The notes below the pieces were generated by a model that saw only the letters and a list, made by a program, of their open reading frames with translations, searched no databases and was not told where the DNA came from. Below are positions 9,098-17,429 of a DNA stretch of 64,000 bases, piece by piece. A program made the position numbers and the translations under genes. Position 1 is the stretch's first letter. Each line of letters opens with the position of its first letter. Source of the stretch: Dehalococcoidia bacterium (GTDB lineage: Bacteria > Chloroflexota > Dehalococcoidia > Plut-88900); the NCBI GenBank assembly GCA_965249275.1, contig CBDFLQ010000007.1:512001-576000 (forward strand), written 5' to 3'.

Positions 9098-10153
9098 TGT
9101 AAGTGTTAGGTAATTCGTTGACAGATTGGTATAAGAAGCCAACACCAATCTGGAGGCGAAAATGCGAGACAACAGCAAGGACCTCACCCTTGAAAGGAAC
9201 TACATTCAAAAGTGGCGGTTCCTCATCCATGAGTATCAACTGGTCAAGGCCAGGAAGCATCCCCGCTTCCGCTTTGCCCAGGACTTCTATGCCTTCCACG
9301 GCACTACATGTCAGACCTTTGCCAAGTACTACAACCGGTTCCTCCTCTCCCCCTCCGACGAAGCCTTCTTCCCCCGTAAACGGGGCCCCAATTGGAAGAG
9401 CCGCCGTACCCTGCCCTACATCGAGCAGAAGGTTCTCACCGAACGGCTCAACGGTACCAATCGCTACGAGATATATGCCATACTCAAGCCCATCCTCAAA
9501 CAGCACACTCCTAAGCCCTCTACCATCTACGCCATCACCAGACGCCACGGTGTTAATAGGCTCACTAAGCCGATGCAGCAGTCCAAGCGCAAGATCATCA
9601 AGACCCGGGCAGGGGAGCTGGGGCACCTGGACAGCCACCACCTCAGCCGGGACCTCCTGGTAGACTCCAAGCGCCGTTACTATCTGGTCGCCCTCATTGA
9701 CGCCTGCACCCGCTTGGCCTGGGCCGAAGTGGTCGGAGACATCAAGAGCCTCTCTGTGATGTTCGCAACCCTGAAATCCATCAACTTCCTTAACGCGGAG
9801 TACGGCATCCAATTCGAGGCTATCCTCACCGACAATGGCCCTGAGATGGCCTCGCCCAGGAACATCGAGGGCCACCCCATGGAACGGATGCTCAATGAGC
9901 TGGGCATCAAGCACCGCTACACACGCCCTTATAGGCCCCAGACCAACGGGAAGATAGAGCGGTTCTGGAGAACCCTGAACGAGGACCTGCTGGAGGGGAC
10001 CACCTTCGAGTCGGTGGCAGAACTGCGGGACGAACTGCAGCAATATCTGCTCTACTACAATACCCAGAGACCCCACCAGGCAATGGACGGAAAGACCCCT
10101 TTGGAGACCCTTCAATCTCTCTAATTCTGTCAACGAATCATCTGACATCTACA
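9098..10153 (+). mobile_element. IS481-family insertion sequence (1056 bp)
   Basis: Ends 5'-TGT...ACA-3'; TIRs tgtaagtgttaggtaattcgttgacaga / tgtagatgtcagatgattcgttgacaga (rc); 5-bp target duplication attcc (9093-9097, 10154-10158). Confidence 0.92.
9162..10124 (+). CDS. IS481-family DDE transposase (integrase core)
   Basis: GELGHLD, IDACTRLAW, TDNGPE, TRPYRPQTNGKIERFWRTL, YYNTQRPHQAMDGKTP. Confidence 0.95.
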   Translation: MRDNSKDLTLERNYIQKWRFLIHEYQLVKARKHPRFRFAQDFYAFHGTTCQTFAKYYNRFLLSPSDEAFFPRKRGPNWKSRRTLPYIEQKVLTERLNGTNRYEIYAILKPILKQHTPKPSTIYAITRRHGVNRLTKPMQQSKRKIIKTRAGELGHLDSHHLSRDLLVDSKRRYYLVALIDACTRLAWAEVVGDIKSLSVMFATLKSINFLNAEYGIQFEAILTDNGPEMASPRNIEGHPMERMLNELGIKHRYTRPYRPQTNGKIERFWRTLNEDLLEGTTFESVAELRDELQQYLLYYNTQRPHQAMDGKTPLETLQSL

Positions 10154-10224
10154 ATTCCGAGGCTCCGCGAGGAATCTGGGGCGGGCGTCCAGTCCCCCTC
10201 TCCCCACTTTGTGACACCAACCCC

Positions 10225-10254
10225 TTGACCAAACTGGAACGCCTGTACTATCCT
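10225..10254 (+). promoter_or_regulatory. Sigma70 promoter of ncRNA copy 1, with an overlapping LexA-like box
   Basis: TTGACC-N18-TATCCT; GAAC-gcct-GTAC lies in the spacer; the same arrangement is conserved in copy 2. Confidence 0.6.
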
Positions 10255-10259
10255 TCTCC

Positions 10260-10840
10260 ACGTCTGGCCAGTCACCCACCCTAAACCCAAGGAGGAACCA
10301 AAACCCAGGGGGAACCCCAGCCCCGGCCCCCGAGGACTCAACGTCCCAGCCTATCCCGCTAGAGCGGTCCACACCGCTCCTCGGCTCAAGCGAAAGCCGC
10401 CATCTCCTCACCTAAAGGCCCCGGCTCACCCTTCCCCCACCACCCAGGCGATGGAAGGTCCATAGACTATACCCGGCACGTCCATCAAAGGACCCCTGCC
10501 GATTCAACGCTTCCCGTCATCGGATGCGTTTACACCGGCCTATTGCATGCCGGTTTGCCGGATCGGTCAACCGACCCCCGGATTAGCAGGGCACTCGTGT
10601 CCTTGTTTGTCCCGCCGTCTCCATCATCCGTCTACCCGACTGATGCACAGAGACGCCGGTCTGAAAGTCCGCCTCAGGTGGTATCTTCCCCGTCAGCGGT
10701 CCGGTCATGTGCCGCTGCCGGAGGGATCGGCCCCACACAACCTTGACCACAGCCGACAACATGTGGGGATAAGCCAGACCGGTGCCGACAGCTCGGCCAC
10801 AACCCCCGGCCTGGATTCTAGTCTCGGACCTTCCATCGCC
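10260..10840 (+). ncRNA. Large structured non-coding RNA of unrecognised class, copy 1 (~580 nt)
   Basis: 15-bp closing helix 10447-10461/10826-10840, many internal hairpins, compensatory changes versus the copy at 44185-44767, no reading frame conserved between copies. Confidence 0.7.
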
Positions 10841-10924
10841 AACTCCCCCCCACCCACACAAACCAAAACCGAGGTTTCCCATCCACAACTGAATAATTCC
10901 CCTACCCACTGCATGAGCCCCTTG

Positions 10925-11250
10925 CGCATCCGTCATCGCCGAGAAATCGGGCGCACGAAGTACGGCCTTTCTACTCCTGGGGGTGGGGCATTCCGCTCAC
11001 CCTGTCACAGATCCGATAAGGCGGGAGCCGAGTCGAAGGGTCTCAATAGCGGAATGGGCGGGGTGTCCCGGCCCCCCGCCCCCGTTGCCCCTGTCATCCC
11101 GAGGCTCCACGAGGGATCTGGGGGGCGGCGTCCTCTCCCTTTTCCTTTCATGGGCCGTAGCTACGCTGACGTATGAGAGGCCCAGCGCCGTAGGCTCGCT
11201 GAGAAGGGTCTAAGACTCGCCGAGGAGGATGAGGGTGTTACCCCTGCCAC
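10925..11250. repeat. Composite REP-like palindrome cluster
   Basis: ccgctcaccctg...gagccgagtcgaaggg (10994-11040), cctgtcatcccgaggctccacgagggatct (11090), gccgtaggctcgc / ctcgccgaggagg units shared with 8850-9097 and 815-846. Confidence 0.65.
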
Positions 11251-11287
11251 TCAGTTTCAGACTAATCCGTCCGCTCTCGGTTAACCC

Positions 11288-11728
11288 CTACTTCCGCCAC
11301 ACCGAGGACGCGCCCACCTTCACCACCGGGACCCCGTCCTGATTGGTGAACAGAGCTTCCTTCTTCAGAAACACCATGGGCCCCGAACGCCCGGTCTTCG
11401 CGTAAACGTCGGTCACCATTATTGAGGCGTCCAGTACGTCTCCCGGCCTGACCGCGCCGATTGGCTCTACCCAGTACCCCGCAAGGTAAAGCACCCCGTC
11501 GAAGTCCAGTTGCAAATCTGGGGGTTCCCAATCGTCGATTAGCAGGACGGGAAGGGAGGGGGGAGCGGTCATTCCGTGAGAGTTGCCGTCTCCCACGAAT
11601 TTCGGGTTCGTTTCGCCCGTGGAAGTTGTGTGCAGCGCGATCATCTCTTGCGTTATGCGAAACGGCCCTGCCTTGAAGGTCGTATTCAGAATGTCCCGGT
11701 TGAATTTAAACTCGAACTCTTCAGCCAT
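11288..11728 (-). CDS. MaoC/FAS1-like hotdog-fold dehydratase domain protein
   Basis: GETNP..., APPSL, VRPGDVL....VTDVYAKTGRSGPMVF....FTNQDG. Confidence 0.85.
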   Translation of the reverse strand: MAEEFEFKFNRDILNTTFKAGPFRITQEMIALHTTSTGETNPKFVGDGNSHGMTAPPSLPVLLIDDWEPPDLQLDFDGVLYLAGYWVEPIGAVRPGDVLDASIMVTDVYAKTGRSGPMVFLKKEALFTNQDGVPVVKVGASSVWRK

Positions 11729-11733
11729 AACTG

Positions 11734-12390
11734 CTACCGGGCCGGAGACAGGTCTTCGAGCCTCACTGGCTCGAAGGCGCCCGACTTCAGCTCCTCAACC
11801 AACTCTTCTATGCTGTTGACGGGATTGCGGAACTCCGTCGCGTATTTTCCGATGGCGTTGACGAAGTGTGCATCGCTCCCTCCGACTCCCTTGAACCCCT
11901 TCTCCTCCGCCAACTCCCGAGCCCTTTCATTCTCCGCCGTGGAGCTGCCGCCGTTTAATATCTCTACGACCTCCACCTCGGGCACCGACACCCCGCTCTC
12001 CACGAACTCCCGCAGCCCGATCCTCTTCCGTCCCGGATGAGCCGGTACCGCAAAAGCTCCCGACGCCTTGGCTTCCTGCACAAGCGACACCGCATCCATC
12101 GTCACGTCCGTGAAGTCGAACTTGTTCAGCAGATAATCGTTGACGCCATAAAGAAGGATGTGGCCGCGGTTGGTGTCCAGCTCCGTGGCCTTGAATATCC
12201 TGATATCGTACTCTTCCTCAAGCTCCGAGTAGTCTCCATCTTTGTCAAAGCCCCGATGCTCGGTCAGCACTATCGCGTCCAGAGCCCCCTTCTTCTTCAC
12301 CACCTTGCTGATCCACTTGGCGTACTGCTCAACCGTGGCGCGCGAATCGTCGGAGAACACGGAGTGGGAATGCATATCAATGATCATCAA
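11734..12390 (-). CDS. PHP domain-containing metal-dependent phosphoesterase
   Basis: DMHSHS, LTEH, GHIL, AHP.R, GGSDAH motifs. Confidence 0.9.
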   Translation of the reverse strand: MMIIDMHSHSVFSDDSRATVEQYAKWISKVVKKKGALDAIVLTEHRGFDKDGDYSELEEEYDIRIFKATELDTNRGHILLYGVNDYLLNKFDFTDVTMDAVSLVQEAKASGAFAVPAHPGRKRIGLREFVESGVSVPEVEVVEILNGGSSTAENERARELAEEKGFKGVGGSDAHFVNAIGKYATEFRNPVNSIEELVEELKSGAFEPVRLEDLSPAR

Positions 12391-12500
12391 TGCCGGCCTT
12401 TGCTAGCTTAGGTTCGCTTGCCCGACATCGGCTAAGGAAGCGGGCGCACGTGCGTCGCTACTTTAGCAACCGGCCATAACCGGGTCAAGGACAACGGGGC

Positions 12501-13523
12501 TTATCGGCCGAATAGGTCGTAGACGGCGTCCAGGTACCGGACCTTGCCCTCCGGCCCGGACCCGTAGCTGTTCTGTGCAAAGAGTATGGAGTCTACGAAC
12601 TCTTCGAATTCGCCGACCCTGCGCCGCACTTCATCTACCGACCCAATGATGGTAAACGCTTCAACCATCTCGTCCGGGACCATATCTATGATCTCGCGGT
12701 CGTAGCCCTTCTCCAGGAACACCTCTCTGATCGCCTCCGCCTCCCGACCGAACCCGTGCCACGAAAATATGGTCTGGTACGGTTTGGTGACGGCAGAGAA
12801 GGCTATCGTGTCCTTGAAATCGTGGAGTGCCTGCTTCTTGTCTTCGGTGATTGCCACGCTGAGGCAGGCGGCAAAGTCGAAATCTTCCCTTTTTCGCCCC
12901 GAGCGCTCCAACCCTATGTTTACGTTGGGCAGCATCACTTCCTTGATCCATTGCGCGGAGCATATCGAGTGAGGCATTAGGCCGTCGGCCACGTCTCCCG
13001 CCATCCGACACATTCCTTCCCTCATCGCGCCGACGTAGATGGGAATGCGTTCCCTCGGCATCGAGTGAACCCTGCTCCAACCCTCTATATCGATGTCGTA
13101 ATACTTGCCCTTGAACCTGACCGGAGTCCCCTGCGACGCTTCTTCTATCACGGCCCTGGTCACCTGAATGCACTCTTTCATATGCGGCGCCGGACGGCCG
13201 TGCGGGACGCCGTACCACCTCTCGTTGATGGTGCGGAATCCCGGGGCCAGACCCAGGGAAAATCGACCGTTGGACAAGGCATCTAGGTCCAGGGCCGACA
13301 ACCCGGTCTCCATCGGGCTGCGTGTGAAGGCATAGGCGATATTACTGCCCAGTCCTATCGACTTCGTCTCTCTGGCAATTGCCGCCAGGGGTATAAATGG
13401 CGAGTTGTAGTAGTGGGTGGACCAGATCCCATCGAAGCCCGCGGCCTCGGCTCGGACTGCCGCCGCAATCTGGCCTTCCATGTCTAAGTCGAGGTCCAGC
13501 CCCAGGTAGTATTTCATCGGCAT
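12501..13523 (-). CDS. LLM-class flavin (F420/FMN)-dependent oxidoreductase
   Basis: AEAAGFDGIW, LDALSNGRFSLGL, IPIYVGA...M..MAG.VADG. Confidence 0.9.
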   Translation of the reverse strand: MPMKYYLGLDLDLDMEGQIAAAVRAEAAGFDGIWSTHYYNSPFIPLAAIARETKSIGLGSNIAYAFTRSPMETGLSALDLDALSNGRFSLGLAPGFRTINERWYGVPHGRPAPHMKECIQVTRAVIEEASQGTPVRFKGKYYDIDIEGWSRVHSMPRERIPIYVGAMREGMCRMAGDVADGLMPHSICSAQWIKEVMLPNVNIGLERSGRKREDFDFAACLSVAITEDKKQALHDFKDTIAFSAVTKPYQTIFSWHGFGREAEAIREVFLEKGYDREIIDMVPDEMVEAFTIIGSVDEVRRRVGEFEEFVDSILFAQNSYGSGPEGKVRYLDAVYDLFGR

Positions 13524-13572
13524 CTATCGTCTTATGTTCAGTTCGTATGCTTCGGTCATCCTGCCGGACCTC

Positions 13573-14598
13573 CTAGTTCCCAAACACCTCGAACAACCGC
13601 TTTTCATATTCGTCGTGCACCTCTTCCGGAATGAAGTTGTGTGGCACTTCCAGGTCTACCGCGTCGCAAATCTCCTCGAACTCCGCCACCCTTGCCCGGG
13701 CCTCGTCCGCAGTCCCTACCACCACGAAGGTGTCCACCATCTCGTCGGTGATGGGTTCCAGAACCTCATCCCCGAAGCCCTGCAACTTTACAAACGCCTC
13801 CCTGATCTTCTCAGCCTCCTCCTCGTAGCCGTGCCAGTTAACCAGGGGCTGGTAGGTGCGTATCGTCGTGTAAAAGCCGGGGGTTCCCCTGGAGTCCCGG
13901 TATCCCTGCTTCTTGTCGTTCGTTATGGCCACGGTCACCGCCGCCCGGATCTCGAAGTCCTTCCTCTCCCTCCCCGACCTGCTCAACCCTTTCTCAATGT
14001 TCGGGATCACCATTTCTTTGACCCATTGCAAAGACCACATCGGGAAGCCCAACACTCCGTCGGCGACGTCACCGGCGGCCCGGAGCATCCCGTCTCTCAC
14101 TGCAGCCATATAGATCGGAATGCTGCCATTGACCGGCTTGTGTGGCCCCTCCCAGCCCCGCATGTCTATGTCGTAGTACTCGCCCTCGAATCTCACCGGC
14201 TCCCCTGTCGATACCCCGTCCACAATCGCCCGGATGGCCCGGACACACTCCTTGAGGTGAGTAGCAGGCCTGCCGTAATCCGGGACTCCGTGCCACATCT
14301 CGTTCAGCCGCCTCACCCCCGAACCCAGACCCAGAATGAACCGCCCATTGGTCACGGCATCCAGGTCCAGGGAGGTGATAACCGTTTCCAGGGGACTGCG
14401 AGTAAAGCCGTATGCAATGCTCGAGCCCAGCTTTATGTTACTCGTGTGGGAGGCCACCGCCGCCAGCGGCACAAATGGGGATGTGAACAGCTCATTTGAC
14501 CAGGCCGCGTCGAACCCCGCATCCTCGATCTTGCGCGCCTGTGCTATCAGCGCTTGAGAGTCCATGTTGTCGCCTAGCGCGTATCCGTATCTGCCCAT
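13573..14598 (-). CDS. LLM-class flavin-dependent oxidoreductase (tandem paralogue)
   Basis: Same motifs as the neighbour (GFDAAW, GRFILGLG, IPIYMAA); start set at MGRYGY after the AGGAGG RBS. Confidence 0.9.
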   Translation of the reverse strand: MGRYGYALGDNMDSQALIAQARKIEDAGFDAAWSNELFTSPFVPLAAVASHTSNIKLGSSIAYGFTRSPLETVITSLDLDAVTNGRFILGLGSGVRRLNEMWHGVPDYGRPATHLKECVRAIRAIVDGVSTGEPVRFEGEYYDIDMRGWEGPHKPVNGSIPIYMAAVRDGMLRAAGDVADGVLGFPMWSLQWVKEMVIPNIEKGLSRSGRERKDFEIRAAVTVAITNDKKQGYRDSRGTPGFYTTIRTYQPLVNWHGYEEEAEKIREAFVKLQGFGDEVLEPITDEMVDTFVVVGTADEARARVAEFEEICDAVDLEVPHNFIPEEVHDEYEKRLFEVFGN

Positions 14599-14723
14599 GC
14601 GGTTAACCTCCTTGGGGCCCTTTCGCAAGGCCCGGCCAGACCGGTAATATACAGGCCGGTTCCCGAACGTGGCAACCGCGCTAGAATGTATGCAGGCCAA
14701 CGCTAGATTCGCCGGAGGTTATC

Positions 14724-15182
14724 ATGAAGATAAGCCCCACACGACTGGGACACGTGGTGCTCAGGGTTCGGAACATCAATCGGTCCGAGGAATTCTACAG
14801 CGGGATTCTAGGGCTTGAGGTCAAAGGACGGCATGAGGACAAGATGGTGTTCTTGAGAAGCAACCCGGACGTCGACCACGACCTCGCTTTGGTGGCTATC
14901 GGGGAAGACGCCCCGGGCCCCGACGCCAATAGCGTCGGCCTATATCACTTCGCGTACGAGCTCGGGTCTTTTGAGGATCTGAGGGATGCCTACCAGCTAG
15001 TCATGGAAAACAGTGTGCGCATAGCCGGCTACGGCAACCACGGAGACACAAAGGGTCTCTATCTTCTCGACCCGGATGGCAACGAAATTGAGCTCTACGC
15101 TCTCGCCCCGGACCACGAATCCGTGCCACTGGAGACCCTACTAAAAGACGGCATCCGTGAATCGGGTGGAGTCGCCAGCTAA
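14724..15182 (+). CDS. VOC/glyoxalase family protein
   Basis: LGHVVLRV, HDLAL, GLYHFA, LYLLDPDGNEIE. Confidence 0.9.
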   Translation: MKISPTRLGHVVLRVRNINRSEEFYSGILGLEVKGRHEDKMVFLRSNPDVDHDLALVAIGEDAPGPDANSVGLYHFAYELGSFEDLRDAYQLVMENSVRIAGYGNHGDTKGLYLLDPDGNEIELYALAPDHESVPLETLLKDGIRESGGVAS

Positions 15183-15312
15183 CCGGATTCCTCGCCGGCC
15201 TACCCCAGCGAGCTGCACCCGCTATGCTATAATCGCCCACGACTCCGCCCCCGGCAACGCGAGTCTTTTCGCATTCTCGGGGCCCGATCTGTAGCCCATC
15301 CCTGGAGGGACA

Positions 15313-16680
15313 ATGAAGACCTCGTTAGCACAAGAGCAGTTTGTCCAGGCCCACCCTAAGTCGCAGGCCCTCGCCCAACGAGCCAGGGACCTTTTCCCCG
15401 ACGGCGTCACCCACGACGGCCGCATGTTCGCACCCTTCCCTATGTACATCGACCGATTGCAGGGCGCCAAGAAGTGGTGCGTAGATGGCCACGAGTACGT
15501 CTGCTACGTCACAGGGCACGGGGCTAGCATCCTGGGTCACAGCCACCCCGAGGTCGTGGAGGCTGTACAGCGGCAGGTCGCTCTTGGGAGCCACGCCAGC
15601 GGCTCCAGCGCCCAGGAGATCGAGCTGGCGGAACTTATTCTCAAGCTATTCCCCTCTGCCGAGAAGCTCCGCTTTACCAACTCAGGCACAGAGGCCAACA
15701 TGATGGCCGTCCGCCTCGCCCGAGCCACCACTGGAAGACCCAAGCTGGTCAAGCTCCAGGGCAACTTCCACGGCTGGGCCGACGCCCTGTTCGCGGGTAT
15801 CGACCCGCCCTTCGAAATGCCGTCTGCAGGACTGCCCCCCGGTGTCCACGAAAGTGTTATCACCCTCCCAACCAATGACGTTCAGGCCCTTGAAAATGCA
15901 CTCTCCAACCGCGACGTCGCTGCCTTCATAATCGAGGGAGCAGGCGCTCACATGGGCACCATCCCCACATCCGCCGAATATGCCCGTGCTGCCCGAGAGC
16001 TCTGCACCAAGTACGGCACCATCTTCATCATCGACGAGGTAGTGAGCGGTTTCCGTTGGGCCCCAGGCGGTTGGCAGGAGACCATCGGCGTCGAGCCGGA
16101 CATCTCCACCATGGCCAAGGTACTCATGGGCGCCATGCCCGGTGGCTGTGTCGCCGGCAAGGAAGAAATTCTCAACGTCATCCAGCACACCGGGGATGCC
16201 GAGCGGGACCGGGCCAAGCGCATGCCACACCCCGGCACCTTCAACGCCAACCCCGTATCCGTTGCAGCGGGCATCGCCTGCCTCAAGATAATCGCCACGG
16301 GTGAACCCCACCGCGTCGCCAACGCCGCCGCCGAGACCCTACGCCAGCAGATGCACGCCGCCCTGCAGGAACGCGGTATATCCGGCTTCGCCTACGGCGA
16401 CGCCTCAATGTTCCACGTTTACCTCGGCGACACCGACTCCGACCCCACCGAGTACTCCAAGCTTCCCGCAGCCACCGCCGAGACCCTCTTCAAGGGCGGC
16501 AACGGCGCTGCCACCGGCAACCTCAGAAAGCAGATGCTCTACAACGGCGTCGACTGCTGGCTCCGCATAGGCATCTGCTCAATGGCCCACGACGACGAGG
16601 CCATCGAGAAGACGATGGACGCCTTTAACAAGGGCCTGGATGCCATCTTGGAAGACGGGGTAGCGCCCCTACGCTCCTAG
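15313..16680 (+). CDS. Class III PLP aminotransferase (glutamate-1-semialdehyde aminomutase-like)
   Basis: RFTNSGTEA, GNFHGW.D, IDEVVSGFR, MAK, HPGTFNANP; TGCTATAAT extended -10 upstream. Confidence 0.9.
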   Translation: MKTSLAQEQFVQAHPKSQALAQRARDLFPDGVTHDGRMFAPFPMYIDRLQGAKKWCVDGHEYVCYVTGHGASILGHSHPEVVEAVQRQVALGSHASGSSAQEIELAELILKLFPSAEKLRFTNSGTEANMMAVRLARATTGRPKLVKLQGNFHGWADALFAGIDPPFEMPSAGLPPGVHESVITLPTNDVQALENALSNRDVAAFIIEGAGAHMGTIPTSAEYARAARELCTKYGTIFIIDEVVSGFRWAPGGWQETIGVEPDISTMAKVLMGAMPGGCVAGKEEILNVIQHTGDAERDRAKRMPHPGTFNANPVSVAAGIACLKIIATGEPHRVANAAAETLRQQMHAALQERGISGFAYGDASMFHVYLGDTDSDPTEYSKLPAATAETLFKGGNGAATGNLRKQMLYNGVDCWLRIGICSMAHDDEAIEKTMDAFNKGLDAILEDGVAPLRS

Positions 16681-16767
16681 CTCCCGCTCCGTCCCCTGAT
16701 CTGAAGACATCCAAGAACATAACGTCCTTAGCGTTTTCGAGGGTCTTATATCAGCAGGGAGGGCTCA

Positions 16768-17001
16768 ATGCCGGATAAGATACGGTTCCTGTGGATCGGC
16801 CTGTTCGTTTTCTTTTGGCTTTTCGTCGGAACGCTGGTTCCGGTGATTGCACGCATGGTAGACGTCTTTCCCGGCGATAATCTGGGGATATTCATAGGAG
16901 TGATGCAGACAATGGGATTCGCCTCGATTACCATCCTGGCTGTATCCGCTCTGATCGCACTTGTTCACTACGTGAGCGTGCAGGCTAATAAGAGCAACTA
17001 G
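16768..17001 (+). CDS. Small two-TM membrane protein, unknown function
   Basis: GGAGG RBS, two hydrophobic stretches, followed by a terminator. Confidence 0.55.
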   Translation: MPDKIRFLWIGLFVFFWLFVGTLVPVIARMVDVFPGDNLGIFIGVMQTMGFASITILAVSALIALVHYVSVQANKSN

Positions 17002-17012
17002 CGTGAGTAAGT

Positions 17013-17051
17013 GAAAAGGGGCCTGGGGGGTCGACTCCCAGGCCCCTTTCC
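17013..17051. terminator. Intrinsic (possibly bidirectional) terminator
   Basis: gaaaaggggcctggg ... cccaggccccttttc perfect inverted repeat with A and T tails. Confidence 0.8.
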
Positions 17052-17081
17052 GTAAACGAGCCGCCTGCCTTGGAGTCTCAT

Positions 17082-17423
17082 ATGCCTGACATCATGACTC
17101 TGATAGCCCAAGCCCCTTGGCGCGAGGCGGTCACTTACCGCGATACGTGGCCCCACGAGTACGTTGTAATCCAGAAGGACCAACAACAGGCCCTGCTGAG
17201 CGCATTTTGCCGCCGCATCCTCCAGGGCGAGGGCGTCGAATGCCACTTCTTCCACCAGACCCGCCCATACCTGGTTTTGGGCAACTACAAGTATTGGGTA
17301 ATGGATGAGGTCAAGGATATAGACCCCAATACCTATGACAGCGTTCTGAACCGTGCCCTACTCTACCGGGACCGCCGAGACTTCATCATTCAGCCGGGCG
17401 ACTCCGGTATGAGAGGAGAGTGA
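17082..17423 (+). CDS. Conserved hypothetical protein (W..A.TY...WPHEY motif)
   Basis: Globular 113-aa ORF; GGAG upstream of ATG 17082; coupled to the downstream gene. Confidence 0.65.
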   Translation: MPDIMTLIAQAPWREAVTYRDTWPHEYVVIQKDQQQALLSAFCRRILQGEGVECHFFHQTRPYLVLGNYKYWVMDEVKDIDPNTYDSVLNRALLYRDRRDFIIQPGDSGMRGE

Positions 17424-17429
17424 CCCATC

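Noticed and set aside
10655-10680. tgaaagtccg resembling the RNase P GAGGAAAGUCC motif
   Set aside because: The remaining RNase P conserved regions (e.g. 3' ACAGAA..CGGCUUA) are not recognisable
10447-10840. 15-bp inverted repeat interpreted as MITE ends or retron a1/a2
   Set aside because: Homology extends ~235 bp beyond one repeat and includes a promoter; there is no target duplication and no RT gene nearby; the G-U substitution indicates an RNA helix
10547-11176. 209-aa ORF sharing peptide similarity with the 168-aa ORF at 44071-44577
   Set aside because: The similarity switches frames between copies, copy 1 has an immediate stop after the equivalent ATG, composition is low-complexity Pro/Arg/Ser, and substitutions conserve base pairing rather than codons
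8850-11250. CRISPR array interpretation of the repeats
   Set aside because: Repeats are heterogeneous palindromes with irregular spacing, and there are no cas genes
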